From positions 926-64,925 of the forward strand of contig JBAHZU010000146.1 in assembly GCA_037132875.1 (NCBI GenBank): a stretch of 64,000 bases of DNA. The letters are read 5' to 3'. Numbering within the stretch: position 1 is the first letter of the stretch; each line of letters opens with the position of its first letter. A model generated the notes under the pieces. It was not told the DNA's origin and searched no databases. It saw only the letters and a list, made by a program, of their open reading frames with translations. This document shows positions 1 to 10,316 of this stretch, piece after piece. The translations under genes and the position numbers were made by a program. The stretch is from Pontiella sp. GTDB taxonomy: Bacteria; Verrucomicrobiota; Kiritimatiellia; Kiritimatiellales; Pontiellaceae.

Positions 1-1
1 T

Positions 2-325
2 GGGATTCCACGGTGGGATTTTGATGCGCCGGATAGCAAGCCGTTTAAAGATGCATCCGCCGCGGCTATTGCATCCAGTGCCTTGGTTGAACTTTCGCAG
101 CTCACTGGGAAAAAGGAGTATTTGGCTGCCGCTGAAAAAGCGCTGGAGGAACTTTCCACCGATCGGTATCTGGCCAAGGGAGAAAAATATCAGTGTCTGC
201 TACTGCACAGTGTCGGAAATCTGAATAGAACTAGCGAAGTTGATGTGAACATCAGCTATGCCGACTATTATTTTCTCGAAGCGCTCTCTCGCCTGAAAAA
301 GGTTAAACAGGGTCAGCCGCTTTAG
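2..325 (+). CDS. GH88 unsaturated glucuronyl hydrolase, C-terminal part (gene starts before the window)
   Basis: Frame is open from base 2: GIPRWDFDAPDSKPFKDASAAAIASSALVELS...HSVGNLNRTSEVDVNISYADYYFLEAL, matching GH88 DASAAAI and YADYYFLEAL motifs. Confidence 0.8.
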   Translation, partial: GIPRWDFDAPDSKPFKDASAAAIASSALVELSQLTGKKEYLAAAEKALEELSTDRYLAKGEKYQCLLLHSVGNLNRTSEVDVNISYADYYFLEALSRLKKVKQGQPL

Positions 326-439
326 GACCTTGGCCTGGAATCCAGCAGTATCACATATTTTGGGGATACACAGTGGGTCTGAATAGTTGTCTACTGCACC
401 GAGACACTCTGGAACTTAAGCTGGAGAAAGGATTGCAGG

Positions 440-2242
440 ATGATAAATAGTTGGGTGATTATGGTTGGAGTCAGTTTGCTGGCGGGCATGCCGTCGGCCC
501 GGGCTGACGAGCGGGTTCAGCAACGTGAAGATAACTGTGTGATTGTCGATACACGTGAAATCGCATTTGACGGTAAAAGCCTTACCGTTGAGTTTGAAAT
601 GCTGCACCCCGGCGATTATGTGGTGCAATTGGTGCATGCTCCGGAGGCGGCAGGAAAGAGCCTGTTGGCATCAGCCACAGTCAATGGTTCTCCGGTGGGC
701 GGGAATCTCAAACGTGATTATTGGATTGAAGATGGCATTGTCTCCACCTTCACCGAAGGGGTGCTGTTTTCAGAGGCGGGAAAATATTCTATCGCCGTTA
801 CATGTACCCAGAAACCGGTGAAGGTACGCGTTATTCCGACGGTATATTGGAGATCTCGGATTAAGGTTGGTTCTGAAAAATATTATGATGAATGGATAAA
901 GATGCATCAGTCGCCGGAAAAGCAGGCGGGGCTGGAATGGTATAAGAATGCCAAGTTCGGCATGTTTATCCACTGGGGTGTCTATTCTCAGGCCGCCGGA
1001 AGCTGGAAGGGAACGAAGATTGAGGATTCGGGTATCACGGGGCCACGCGTAGCCGAATGGTTAATGTTCACGTTTAATATTCCGCGCGCGGAATACCGAG
1101 AATTTGCTCGGCAGTTTAATCCCGATCAATCTTTTGCGAAGAACATCGCCAAGCTGGCTGCGGATACCGGAATGAAATATATGGTGATTACATCCAAGCA
1201 CCACGATGGTTTTGCTCTATTTGATTCTGCACATTCTGATTGGGATATTGCTGATGCCACGCCGTATAAGGGGGATCTGATCAAGGAGCTATACGATGCC
1301 TGTCAGGCTGAAGGCATTGGATTTGGGGTGTATTATTCCCATGGCCACGATTGGATGGACGGAACGGATGCCGGCTATGCTGAAGTGAAGAAGACGTGGG
1401 ATGAATATAAGGTGCCGATCCGCCCGAATGGGAAAAACTTCTGGGATCCGAGTCCAAATGCTTATCTCGATTATCTGGAAAATAAAGCCTATCCACAGGT
1501 TGCTGAACTGATCCAGTTGATGCCTGAGCTGAAGCTGATTTGGTTTGATGGGGATGGGCTGATTACGGAAGCGCAGGCCTTGCGTTTTTATCGAATGATT
1601 TATGAAATGAATCCGAGCATCGTCGTGAATCGGCGTGTGGGATATGAATATGGTGATTATATCGATGCTGGGGATAACACGACGCCGAAAGCTGGCGAGC
1701 TGGTCGCAAAATATTTTGAAACCTGTGGAACGGCTAACCATTCATGGGGCTTTAAGGCGCACGATGAAGATTGGAAATCCACGAATCAGCTGCTTCGGAA
1801 TTTTTGCGACATTATTTCCAAAGGAGGGAACTATCTGCTGAATATCGGGCCCGATGGAAAAGGCCGTGTGCCGGAGCTGTGCGCCAACCGTTTTGTGGAA
1901 ATGGGCACGTGGGTGAAAACGAATGCCGATGCCATCTATGGAACCACGCGCTGGACGCGGTTCTCAGAAAACGTGAATCCCAAAAAGGGTGCAGAATCGA
2001 TCCCCGGCGAATTCTGGTTTAGTGCCAAAGATAATAAGGTCTATGCCATGTCAATCACACCGGCACCGAAAACGGTGAAGATTGAATCCTTCAATACTTC
2101 CGCGGGAAAAATAACGGCCGTTCGTTTGCTCGGTAGCGATGCCCCGTTGACGTGGACGCAGGGTTTCCAATCATTGGAAATCGATTTCTCAGGCATTAAA
2201 ACGAGCGAGAACGGTTTTGGGGTTGAGGTTGAGTTTGAATAG
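440..2242 (+). CDS. GH29 alpha-L-fucosidase, secreted, with extra N-terminal domain
   Basis: Signal peptide; motifs [30 protein letters not shown] (nucleophile), [13 protein letters not shown]. Confidence 0.9.
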   Translation: MINSWVIMVGVSLLAGMPSARADERVQQREDNCVIVDTREIAFDGKSLTVEFEMLHPGDYVVQLVHAPEAAGKSLLASATVNGSPVGGNLKRDYWIEDGIVSTFTEGVLFSEAGKYSIAVTCTQKPVKVRVIPTVYWRSRIKVGSEKYYDEWIKMHQSPEKQAGLEWYKNAKFGMFIHWGVYSQAAGSWKGTKIEDSGITGPRVAEWLMFTFNIPRAEYREFARQFNPDQSFAKNIAKLAADTGMKYMVITSKHHDGFALFDSAHSDWDIADATPYKGDLIKELYDACQAEGIGFGVYYSHGHDWMDGTDAGYAEVKKTWDEYKVPIRPNGKNFWDPSPNAYLDYLENKAYPQVAELIQLMPELKLIWFDGDGLITEAQALRFYRMIYEMNPSIVVNRRVGYEYGDYIDAGDNTTPKAGELVAKYFETCGTANHSWGFKAHDEDWKSTNQLLRNFCDIISKGGNYLLNIGPDGKGRVPELCANRFVEMGTWVKTNADAIYGTTRWTRFSENVNPKKGAESIPGEFWFSAKDNKVYAMSITPAPKTVKIESFNTSAGKITAVRLLGSDAPLTWTQGFQSLEIDFSGIKTSENGFGVEVEFE

Positions 2243-2378
2243 GGTCTTGACGAGGTCTTTTTTATGCCGGTTAATTTGGAAAATAGATAAGGCGCATCTT
2301 GTTCCTGCTTTTTGGCCTAAAATAGCTTACTTTTTAAGTATGAATCGCAATAAGTGTGCAGAGGTGAGGGGAAAGTCT

Positions 2379-3860
2379 ATGAAACCAATCTTAATGATAT
2401 ATGTGATGATGGGCGTGGCTGTTTCGGTGGCAGATGCTCTGGAGCAACGTGGCAAACAGCCAAATATAATTTATTTAATGGCGGACGATCAAAATTTTGG
2501 TTCGGTGGGTTGCTATGGCAATCCAGAAGTCCAGACGCCGAATATGGATAAGCTCGGGGCAGATGGGATCATTTTTGATCGGCACTACAACACGACGGCC
2601 ATTTGCATGGCGAGCCGAGCCACCGTGATGACCGGCATGTATGAATACAAAACCGGGACGAACTTTGAGCACGGAAATATGACGCCGGGAATCTGGTCGA
2701 AGTCCTATCCGGTGCTACTGCGTGAGGCCGGATATCTGACGGCATTTGCCGGAAAATTCGGGTTCGAAGTGGACGGCTTCGGCTATGAGTGTGGCGAGTT
2801 TTTCGATTGGTGGGGCGGCGGCCCGGGCCAGACCAGCTATAAAACGTCGGCCAATAAATCGATGGCAGAGTATGCGGAGCAGTATCCGCACTCCACACGT
2901 TCCTATGGCGCATTCGGGCAGGATGTCATTCGAGAGTCGGTTAAGCAGAAAAAGCCATTTTGCCTATCGATCAGCTTTAAAGCCCCGCACCGTCCTGTGC
3001 AACCTGATCCGCTGTTTGATCACATCTATGAGGGAAAGACCTTCATCAAACCTGCGAACTATGGCCGTGAAGCCGGCGAACACATGTCGGAACAGAGCAA
3101 GCAGGGGCGGCAGTATGAACGTTTTTCTTCATGGGGTTATGAAAAAAAATACGACCAGGTTATGGCCAAATATTATCAGCAGATCTACGCCATTGATGTG
3201 GCCCTTGGAATGATTCGCGCTGAATTGGAAGAGCAGGGCGTGGCAGACAATACGGTGATCATTTACACCAGCGACAACGGATTCCTTTGCGGAGCGCATG
3301 GCTATGGCTCCAAGGTGCTACCAATGGAAGAGTCGGCCCGGGTTCCGCTGTTGATCTATGATCCGCGAGTTCCGACCGCTGGAAAAAAACTGCGAAGCCC
3401 CGCGCTGACGGGAAATATTGATTTTGCGCCGACTCTACTCGCGTTGGCCGGACTTCCAATCCCTGGAAATATGGATGGGGTTAGCCTACTTCCCTTGCTG
3501 CAAGATCCCACGGTGGATGTGCGTGAGACGCTGGCCTTTATTAATACTTGGGGCAGTGTTCCCACTCAGAGTTTGACCGTGCTGACGAAAGAGTTGAAAT
3601 ATACCTATTGGTGGTATGGCGATGAGGGTATGGAGCCGACCGAGGACCTATTCCATTTGAAAAAGGATCCATTGGAAATGACAAACCTCGCCCGCAATCC
3701 CGAAGCCTCGCAACTCCTTCAATCCATGCGTATTGCTTATGATGCCGAGCTGGAAAAACTGAAGACGGAATGTGTTAGTCATAATAATTATCAGCAATAT
3801 GGAACGCTTTTTGACCGTTCCATTCCTTGGGATCAGAAAAAATTAACACGGGGAAAATAG
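2379..3860 (+). CDS. Family S1 sulfatase
   Basis: [21 protein letters not shown] (CxAxR variant), [18 protein letters not shown]. Start moved from 2217 to ATG 2379 (MKPILM..., signal peptide). Confidence 0.9.
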   Translation: MKPILMIYVMMGVAVSVADALEQRGKQPNIIYLMADDQNFGSVGCYGNPEVQTPNMDKLGADGIIFDRHYNTTAICMASRATVMTGMYEYKTGTNFEHGNMTPGIWSKSYPVLLREAGYLTAFAGKFGFEVDGFGYECGEFFDWWGGGPGQTSYKTSANKSMAEYAEQYPHSTRSYGAFGQDVIRESVKQKKPFCLSISFKAPHRPVQPDPLFDHIYEGKTFIKPANYGREAGEHMSEQSKQGRQYERFSSWGYEKKYDQVMAKYYQQIYAIDVALGMIRAELEEQGVADNTVIIYTSDNGFLCGAHGYGSKVLPMEESARVPLLIYDPRVPTAGKKLRSPALTGNIDFAPTLLALAGLPIPGNMDGVSLLPLLQDPTVDVRETLAFINTWGSVPTQSLTVLTKELKYTYWWYGDEGMEPTEDLFHLKKDPLEMTNLARNPEASQLLQSMRIAYDAELEKLKTECVSHNNYQQYGTLFDRSIPWDQKKLTRGK

Positions 3861-4022
3861 AGTCGCATATTCTACGGGTCGTGGGGAATCCAGATGGCCC
3901 ATAAAATAGCCTGATGCACCGAAAATAAATCAAGATCTGTCAAAGATAAGGTCTCTGTTTCGTTTAAATAATAAGTAGCTCTATGGTTGAGCCTGTTCTG
4001 TATTTAATTTGAAGGGATAAAA

Positions 4023-5495
4023 ATGAAGAGATCGGCCTATTATTTCATCATCGGCTTGTTGACTGGCACCGGAAGTATTTATGCGGGGGACCTCCGAAAA
4101 CCAAATATTATTTTTGTCCTGTGCGATGATCTGGGGTATGGCGATGTGCAGTGCCTGAATCCGGAACGGGGGAAAATCCTGACGCCGAGTGTGGATCGTC
4201 TGGCGAGTGAAGGCATGGTCTTCACAGATGCGCATTCCGGCTCATCGGTCTGTTCCCCGACGCGCTACGGTCTGTTGACCGGCCGCTACAGTTGGCGCAC
4301 TCGCTTGCAACGCGGTGTGACACAAGGATACAAATCCAATCTGATTGCGCTGGGCCGGCCCACGGTTGCCAGCTTCCTAAAGGAACAAGGCTATCATACC
4401 GCCATCATTGGAAAATGGCATCTCGACTTCCAATATCTGGATATAGAAACCGGCGAGTCGTTAAAGCGTCCGAAGAAAAAAAATGCACTTCCACCGGTGG
4501 GCACAAAAATTCCGGATGGCCCGATCACCCGCGGATTCGACTATTTTCATGGCTTCCACCACGCTCGGGATATGAAAAGCGTGATTGAAAATGATACGGT
4601 GATTTCGCATGAATCAGAAATTAATATGTTGCCGCGCTTGGCCCGCGAAACGGTTAAATATATTGAGGAACGGGCCAAAAATAAAAAAGAGCCGTTTTTC
4701 CTCTATGTGCCCTACGGTTCGCCGCACGCCCCGATTGTTCCAACGAAAGAGTGGCAGGGTCGAAGTGGAATCAATGCCTATGCGGATTTTGTGATGCAAA
4801 CAGACGACGCATTTGGACAAATCTTGGATGCGCTGGATCGCAATGGGTTGAGTGAAAATACTCTCGTCATTTTTAGCAGTGATAACGGATGCTCCAAAAT
4901 TGCCGATTTTAAAACTTTGGAAAAAGCGGGCCATTTTTCGAGTGCTTATCTACGTGGCTCCAAAGCGGATATTTGGGAGGGCGGGCACCGCATTCCGTTC
5001 ATTGTGCGCTGGCCTGGTCGGGTTGCGGAGGGTTCCTCAAGCGACGAGTTAATTTGCCTAACCGACTTCTTTGCCACGCTTGCCGCGGTGACCGGAAGGG
5101 GGCTTCCGAAAAGGAGCGCAGAGGATAGTGTCAGTTTTCTTCCGGCCTTATCGGGGGAACCGATGCTCTCCACTCGAGCCGGGGTGATTCATCATTCCAT
5201 TAGCGGCCACTTCGCCTACCGCATGGGCAAATGGAAACTTTGCCTTGCGAAAGGATCTGGAGGCTGGACGGCACCTAACGAAAAGAAGGCCAACAAGCCG
5301 GGGGTGCCGATCGCGCAGCTGTACGATATGGATGTTGATCCCGGGGAAACCACGAATCTTTATGAAAGCCACCCGGAAGTGGTGGAACGCCTGCTGAAGC
5401 AGTTGGAATCGGATGTTGTGCGCGGCCGTAGTACAGATGGAGAGGCGGCCTCGAACGATATTGCGTCAATCAATCTGTGGAAAAGTGGTAAATAA
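4023..5495 (+). CDS. Family S1 sulfatase (arylsulfatase type)
   Basis: PNIIFVLCDDLGYGD, CSPTRYGLLTG, GKWHL, SDNG, WEGGHRIP, QLYD..DPGE. Confidence 0.93.
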   Translation: MKRSAYYFIIGLLTGTGSIYAGDLRKPNIIFVLCDDLGYGDVQCLNPERGKILTPSVDRLASEGMVFTDAHSGSSVCSPTRYGLLTGRYSWRTRLQRGVTQGYKSNLIALGRPTVASFLKEQGYHTAIIGKWHLDFQYLDIETGESLKRPKKKNALPPVGTKIPDGPITRGFDYFHGFHHARDMKSVIENDTVISHESEINMLPRLARETVKYIEERAKNKKEPFFLYVPYGSPHAPIVPTKEWQGRSGINAYADFVMQTDDAFGQILDALDRNGLSENTLVIFSSDNGCSKIADFKTLEKAGHFSSAYLRGSKADIWEGGHRIPFIVRWPGRVAEGSSSDELICLTDFFATLAAVTGRGLPKRSAEDSVSFLPALSGEPMLSTRAGVIHHSISGHFAYRMGKWKLCLAKGSGGWTAPNEKKANKPGVPIAQLYDMDVDPGETTNLYESHPEVVERLLKQLESDVVRGRSTDGEAASNDIASINLWKSGK

Positions 5496-5614
5496 GAAGG
5501 GGTTGTTTGAGTCAGCGGGCTGCATTGATTTTGGAGGGTCTTTATTCCAACGTTAATGTAGCGCGCAACGATTACGACTTCATGGAATGGGGGAGGGATC
5601 CTCCCCATAATTTT

Positions 5615-5666
5615 AAAAAAAAGAAAAAGCAGCGTAAGGAAAAGAGGAGGGAAACCTTACGCTGCT
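5615..5666 (-). terminator. Intrinsic terminator of the repeat-protein gene
   Basis: Perfect 12-bp stem AGCAGCGTAAGG (5628-39) / CCTTACGCTGCT (5655-66), followed on the minus strand by a T-rich tract. Confidence 0.7.
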
Positions 5667-5744
5667 CAAATATGATCCCTAGGAAACATATACCCACAAG
5701 ACGCATGACGCGTGACTTTGTGGACATGAATAGTAATTATTTTT

Positions 5745-6623
5745 TCATTCAGCAACTTCCAGCTCAGGATTGCTGTCTTGGGGGGCGTCGGATTCTGGGG
5801 CCTCTACTGCCGTAACTTTCTGCTCAGTCGGGTTCTCTATTTTTTCCGACTTGGCTGGCTTCTCTTTTTTATGTTGTTTTTCGGCGCGTTCCTTTTTTAC
5901 AGATTTTGATTTGAGCTGTTTCTCTGCGGACCATTTCACCTCGTTATCCGCATCAAACGCATTCGAAATGTCGGTCTGTTGTTTTGGAGCACACTTCGCG
6001 CAGGAGCTCTGATTTTCCTGTAGTCTCTGTTGATGGCGTCCTTTTGCTTTCTGGCGCTGAGCCTGTGGCCGCTTATTCCGGTTGCTGCGGCCTTGGGTGG
6101 CTTGCGTATTGCGTGGATCCTGATTGCGACCCCGACGGTTCTGCATCGTCTGTGATTCTTGTTGGCCACATTCTTGAACTGCTTGCTGGCGCTGAGCCTG
6201 TGGCCGCTGATTCCGGTTGCTGCGACCTTGGGTGGCTTGCGTATTGTGTGGATCCTGATTGCGACCCCGCCGATTCTGCATCGTCTGTGATTCTTGTTGG
6301 CAGCATCCTTGAACTGCTTGCTGGCGCTGAACCCGTGGTCGCTGATTTCGGTTGCTACGGCCTTGGGTGGCTTGCGTAGTGCGTCGATCCTGATTGCGGC
6401 CCCGACGGTTCTGCATCGTCTGTGGTCCCGCTTGGCGTTGGTTGCAACATCCTTGGCCGACCTGCTTCTGGTCTCCTGCAGATGGGTTCGCTCCGTGCGG
6501 TCCACGTTGTTGCATCTTGAATCGTGGAGCATCGGATCCCGGTTGTTGAGGAATTGCGATGACAGTAATTACGCCTGCAAGCATAGTGGTTGCGGTGATG
6601 ATCAGTTTAGTTCTTGTTTTCAT
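5745..6623 (-). CDS. Secreted low-complexity Gln/Arg-rich tandem-repeat protein
   Basis: GGAGG RBS precedes ATG 6623; MKTRTKLIITATTMLAGVITVIA is signal-like; three ~45-aa repeats; Lys/Glu-rich tail. Confidence 0.75.
   Translation of the reverse strand: MKTRTKLIITATTMLAGVITVIAIPQQPGSDAPRFKMQQRGPHGANPSAGDQKQVGQGCCNQRQAGPQTMQNRRGRNQDRRTTQATQGRSNRNQRPRVQRQQAVQGCCQQESQTMQNRRGRNQDPHNTQATQGRSNRNQRPQAQRQQAVQECGQQESQTMQNRRGRNQDPRNTQATQGRSNRNKRPQAQRQKAKGRHQQRLQENQSSCAKCAPKQQTDISNAFDADNEVKWSAEKQLKSKSVKKERAEKQHKKEKPAKSEKIENPTEQKVTAVEAPESDAPQDSNPELEVAE
6045..6450. repeat. 135-bp coding tandem repeat, about 3 copies
   Basis: CTGGCGCTGA recurs at 6051, 6186 and 6321 (period 135). Confidence 0.9.
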
Positions 6624-6871
6624 GGGTTGCCTCCGTTCAGTTATTTCCCCAGTAGGATTGAATAACGAAGGCGGTAGGTAATTATTTTCCAGAGATTGCA
6701 AAAAAGTGAAAAGAAGGGAGGTGCTCACTGCGTAAAAATAGAGGGGGGCGACCTGCCTGTTCTGCGGAGAATATCCTGTTATGATTGAGTGTGACCTACT
6801 CGAGTGCGGTAAAATTCAATGCCCGTTATTTCGTTGTATTGAAGTGTATGCCGAGCGCTTAAAAGATGGTG

Positions 6872-7258
6872 TTAAAGCGCATTTGGATCGGTGAAGGTGT
6901 GGTGCCAGACTGATGTTCCGTTCATTATAAAAAAGATCTGCTCGGAATTATCACTCCATGCAAGATCAGGCTGTTGCGTTTCGGGTGGGGTGTTGGTATA
7001 GACCGGAAGATAGAGCAGGTTTAACCATATTTTCTTCCCAGCTTCCCGGTAGTAGACTTTATAGGAGGGCTGGTTGTCGTAATAATAAAAAGTCCGAAGC
7101 CGCGCCATTTTTGAACCATCCGGAGATAGGATCCGTACGGTTTCATCGCTGGGCGGCGTCAGAATTTTATAGGCAATGAAAACAACAAAAAGGGTGAAGG
7201 CCACGGTGGGCAGTCGCTTGATATCAAACAACGCACGCTTTTTGTAGGTTCGTTTCAT
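6872..7258 (-). CDS. Hypothetical membrane-anchored protein, translationally coupled to rseP
   Basis: TAATG overlap with the rseP stop; N-terminal TM segment; SPDG and AWS propeller-like motifs. Confidence 0.7.
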   Translation of the reverse strand: MKRTYKKRALFDIKRLPTVAFTLFVVFIAYKILTPPSDETVRILSPDGSKMARLRTFYYYDNQPSYKVYYREAGKKIWLNLLYLPVYTNTPPETQQPDLAWSDNSEQIFFIMNGTSVWHHTFTDPNAL

Positions 7259-8673
7259 TACTCAATCGCAGCTTCTTTCGCAGGAACTTCAGGAGCCGGT
7301 GCCACCTGTTCTGTAGATGCTTTTTTGAAGAACCGGCTGATGTTCCAGTTGCGATCGGCATCGCGCCAAGAGAGAAAGACCATGGCGGTGAGCAACAAAA
7401 TGGCAAATACATTGATCAGCGTGGCCACAATCTTGGGGTGCACTTTATGCTTTGTAATGCCTTCCCAGAGTGCAAAACAGATATGCCCACCATCGAGCAC
7501 GGGCAACGGTAGCAGGTTGAGGACCGCAAGGTTGATGTTGATGAAGCGGATCAAGCCCAGTGCGGTAATCATGCTCATCTGAAGCGAGATAAAGATCATG
7601 GTGAAGATGGCAACGGGCCCGCCCAGCCCACTGGCGGCCTGTTTGGATTCACTGGGGGTGACGAGTGCTTTCAACAAGCGGAAAATGGAAGAGCCATCGC
7701 TGTAAATCTGCTCGAACGGATTTCCTTTAAGGGTCCATGGCAGGGAAAGGGCTCCGCCGAATTGGATGCCGATCATGACCTGATCATTTTCTTTATTGTA
7801 TTCCGGGGTGATCGGAATGGTCATTCTTTCCCCGTCGCGTTTAATCAGCAGGGTGATCTGGGTGTCGGGATTGTCTTGAACGGCGGCAACAAAGTGTCCG
7901 GTACCTTCAATGGTTTCGCCATTAATCTGAATCAGCGTATCATCAGCCATTAGTCCGGCTTTTTCGGCGGGGCTATCGGCAATCACCTGGAGTATTTGGC
8001 ATGGAGTTGCCTGAGAAACGCCCTTGATCAACGTTGCAGATTTGTCGGGATGATTTACGGAAACCCTAATCTGACGTTCACCTTCGGAGGCACTATAAAC
8101 GGTAAGATTTACAGCTTGTTCCTTGCCTCCACCCAATAAGCATTCAACCCGGGTGTCGTACCAGTTTTTTACTGCATTGCCGTTCACGGCTGTGATTTCA
8201 TCCCCAGCGCGGATGCCCACCGTGTAGGCATTGCTGTCGGCTTCAACATTGGCAATAAACACTCCGGTGTCTTCAATGTTTTCTTGCTGAGGAACCGTTG
8301 CCACAATAAGCCCGAGGAGCAGTGCAAAGATAATGTTGCAGAGCGGGCCGGCCACGGCGACCGCAATTTTTGCCCAAGGAGAAATCTCGGGCATGGTATT
8401 CCGTTCGCCTTCGTCGTTGTCGCCCTGGATTTTATCCATGCCAATGGGATCGAGCTGAGGCAGGGAAACATATCCTCCAATGGGGAAGGCTCCAATTTTA
8501 TAGACAATGCCATCGATTTCTTTTTTCCAGAGGGCTGGGCCCATGCCGATAGAGAATGTTTCAATAACGAGGCCACACCGTTTGGCAACGTAGAAGTGGC
8601 CCCATTCGTGAACGAAAATGGTGATGCCGAACAGGAAGATCATCATTGCGACAATGAAAAGTATTTCTAGCAT
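7258..8673 (-). CDS. rseP: RIP metalloprotease RseP (M50, two PDZ domains)
   Basis: HEWGH zinc motif, FSIGMGP, GGYV, PDZ repeats, NLLPLPVLDGGH. Confidence 0.95.
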   Translation of the reverse strand: MLEILFIVAMMIFLFGITIFVHEWGHFYVAKRCGLVIETFSIGMGPALWKKEIDGIVYKIGAFPIGGYVSLPQLDPIGMDKIQGDNDEGERNTMPEISPWAKIAVAVAGPLCNIIFALLLGLIVATVPQQENIEDTGVFIANVEADSNAYTVGIRAGDEITAVNGNAVKNWYDTRVECLLGGGKEQAVNLTVYSASEGERQIRVSVNHPDKSATLIKGVSQATPCQILQVIADSPAEKAGLMADDTLIQINGETIEGTGHFVAAVQDNPDTQITLLIKRDGERMTIPITPEYNKENDQVMIGIQFGGALSLPWTLKGNPFEQIYSDGSSIFRLLKALVTPSESKQAASGLGGPVAIFTMIFISLQMSMITALGLIRFININLAVLNLLPLPVLDGGHICFALWEGITKHKVHPKIVATLINVFAILLLTAMVFLSWRDADRNWNISRFFKKASTEQVAPAPEVPAKEAAIE

Positions 8674-8691
8674 AGGAAGTACCTTGAGGTG

Positions 8692-9576
8692 TTATTTTAA
8701 GAAAAGTTCGATGTAGATGAACAGCATGGGGGCGGCGAATAGAATGCTATCGACCATGTCTAGAATGCCGCCGAGCCCATAGACCATGGTGTTGGAATCC
8801 TTCACATTAACCGCGCGTTTAAACATGGATTCGACTAAGTCGCCAACGGTTCCAACGATGGGAAAAAGAACGCCGAGCACGATTGCGTGGAAGAAGGAAA
8901 AGGAGATTTCGCTGTTGATTTGGCCTTTAGAAACAACCCACCAACCGATATTCACGAGAATGCATAATGCAATGCCGCCCAAGAGGCCTTCCCAACTTTT
9001 CTTTGGGGAGATGGTTGGAGCAAGTTTGTTTTTTCCAAAGCGGGTGCCAAAGAAATAGCCACCGGTATCGGCTAATTTCATGCAAAGAATCACGTAAAAA
9101 GCGGCCCAGCCGGGTTCAGAAAGATCGCCCAAAAGGAAGAGGCGGATCACAAAGCTCCAAAGTAGAGGCACATAGACGATGCCCAGAATGGTGCCCATGC
9201 AACTTTCCAGTCCTTTGCGAAGGTCGGAGTAGGCCAAGATACGAAAGAAATTGGAGAGGATAACCACCAAGAGGACGCACCAAAGTGCATTGTCCGAGAG
9301 GTGGAAGCCATCGTAGGCAATGGGGTGTTTTCCAAGGGCATTGAACCAGGTGGCCGTAACAAAAATTAGACCACTACCGATTCCCCATTTGGTGGAGGTT
9401 TTAATGCCGCCCGCGTTCAACAAGCCATAAAACTCCCAGGTGCCGACTCCGGCAAACAGGAGGAGGCCGAGCAGGCCGAGGGGCCATTGGCAGGGGATGA
9501 GGCTGAAGGCCGGTATGATAACCGCCCCAATACTAAGTGCTATGAGAATCCGTTTTTTATCCATCAGGGCCTTCAC
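8692..9576 (-). CDS. cdsA: Phosphatidate cytidylyltransferase
   Basis: DTGGYFFG..FGKNKLAPTISPKKSWEG, GDLVESMFKR..KDS...GGILD..DS. Confidence 0.95.
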   Translation of the reverse strand: MKALMDKKRILIALSIGAVIIPAFSLIPCQWPLGLLGLLLFAGVGTWEFYGLLNAGGIKTSTKWGIGSGLIFVTATWFNALGKHPIAYDGFHLSDNALWCVLLVVILSNFFRILAYSDLRKGLESCMGTILGIVYVPLLWSFVIRLFLLGDLSEPGWAAFYVILCMKLADTGGYFFGTRFGKNKLAPTISPKKSWEGLLGGIALCILVNIGWWVVSKGQINSEISFSFFHAIVLGVLFPIVGTVGDLVESMFKRAVNVKDSNTMVYGLGGILDMVDSILFAAPMLFIYIELFLK

Positions 9577-10307
9577 TATTTATTCTTAACACCACCATAC
9601 CTGCGATCCCGCCCGTTGAAAGCTTCCAATGCATGGAAAAACTGTTCTTCGCGGAAGTCGGGCCAGTAGTCGTCAGAGATGTAAAATTCCGCATACGAGA
9701 GCTGCCAGAGCATAAAATTGCTCAGGCGAAGCTCGCCGCTGGTGCGGATCATTAGTTCCGGATCGGGAACGTCCGGGAGATAAAGGTGGTTGGCAATCGC
9801 CTGTTCATCGATTTCTTTCAGCTTCATTTCGCCGGATTGAACCTTCTGCGCAAGCTGCTGGGCTGCGTTTGCAATTTCCATACGGGAGCCATAGCTTAGG
9901 GCAATCACAAAGGTGTGGTCGGTATAGTGCGCCGTGGCATCAATGGTTTTTTGTAGGCGCATCCGAACGGGCAGGGGTAGTTTTTCAAACTGGCCCATCA
10001 CCCGGAGGCGAATATTATTGTCGTGTAGCTCCTGCTCATATTCATTCAGAGAATGAACGAGCAATTTCATCAGGCCCTCCACTTCCTTCACTGGGCGCTT
10101 CCAATTTTCCGTGCTGAAGGCGTAGACCGTAATGAATTCTACGCCAGCTTGGGCCGCGGCACGTAAAACGGCGCGCACCGACTGGGCACCTTCTTTATGC
10201 CCTTCGCTGCGCGAAAGACCCCGTTGCTGAGCCCAGCGCCCGTTGCCATCCATGATGAGGGCAACGTGACGCGGGATTTTTTCCAAGCATTGGAAATCGA
10301 GGTCCAT
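9576..10307 (-). CDS. uppS: Undecaprenyl diphosphate synthase
   Basis: HVALIMDGNGRWA, FSTENWKRP, IRTSGELRLSNFMLWQ. Confidence 0.97.
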   Translation of the reverse strand: MDLDFQCLEKIPRHVALIMDGNGRWAQQRGLSRSEGHKEGAQSVRAVLRAAAQAGVEFITVYAFSTENWKRPVKEVEGLMKLLVHSLNEYEQELHDNNIRLRVMGQFEKLPLPVRMRLQKTIDATAHYTDHTFVIALSYGSRMEIANAAQQLAQKVQSGEMKLKEIDEQAIANHLYLPDVPDPELMIRTSGELRLSNFMLWQLSYAEFYISDDYWPDFREEQFFHALEAFNGRDRRYGGVKNK

Positions 10308-10316
10308 AAGCTCCGT

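Noticed and set aside
6045-6450. Possible CRISPR array
   Set aside because: Contiguous in-frame 135-bp units with no unique spacers and no cas genes.
5770-6665. Several long alternative ORFs across the repeat gene (5936-6532, 5984-6379, 6294-6665)
   Set aside because: Shadow frames kept open by the stop-poor tandem repeat. Only the 6623 start has an RBS and signal peptide.
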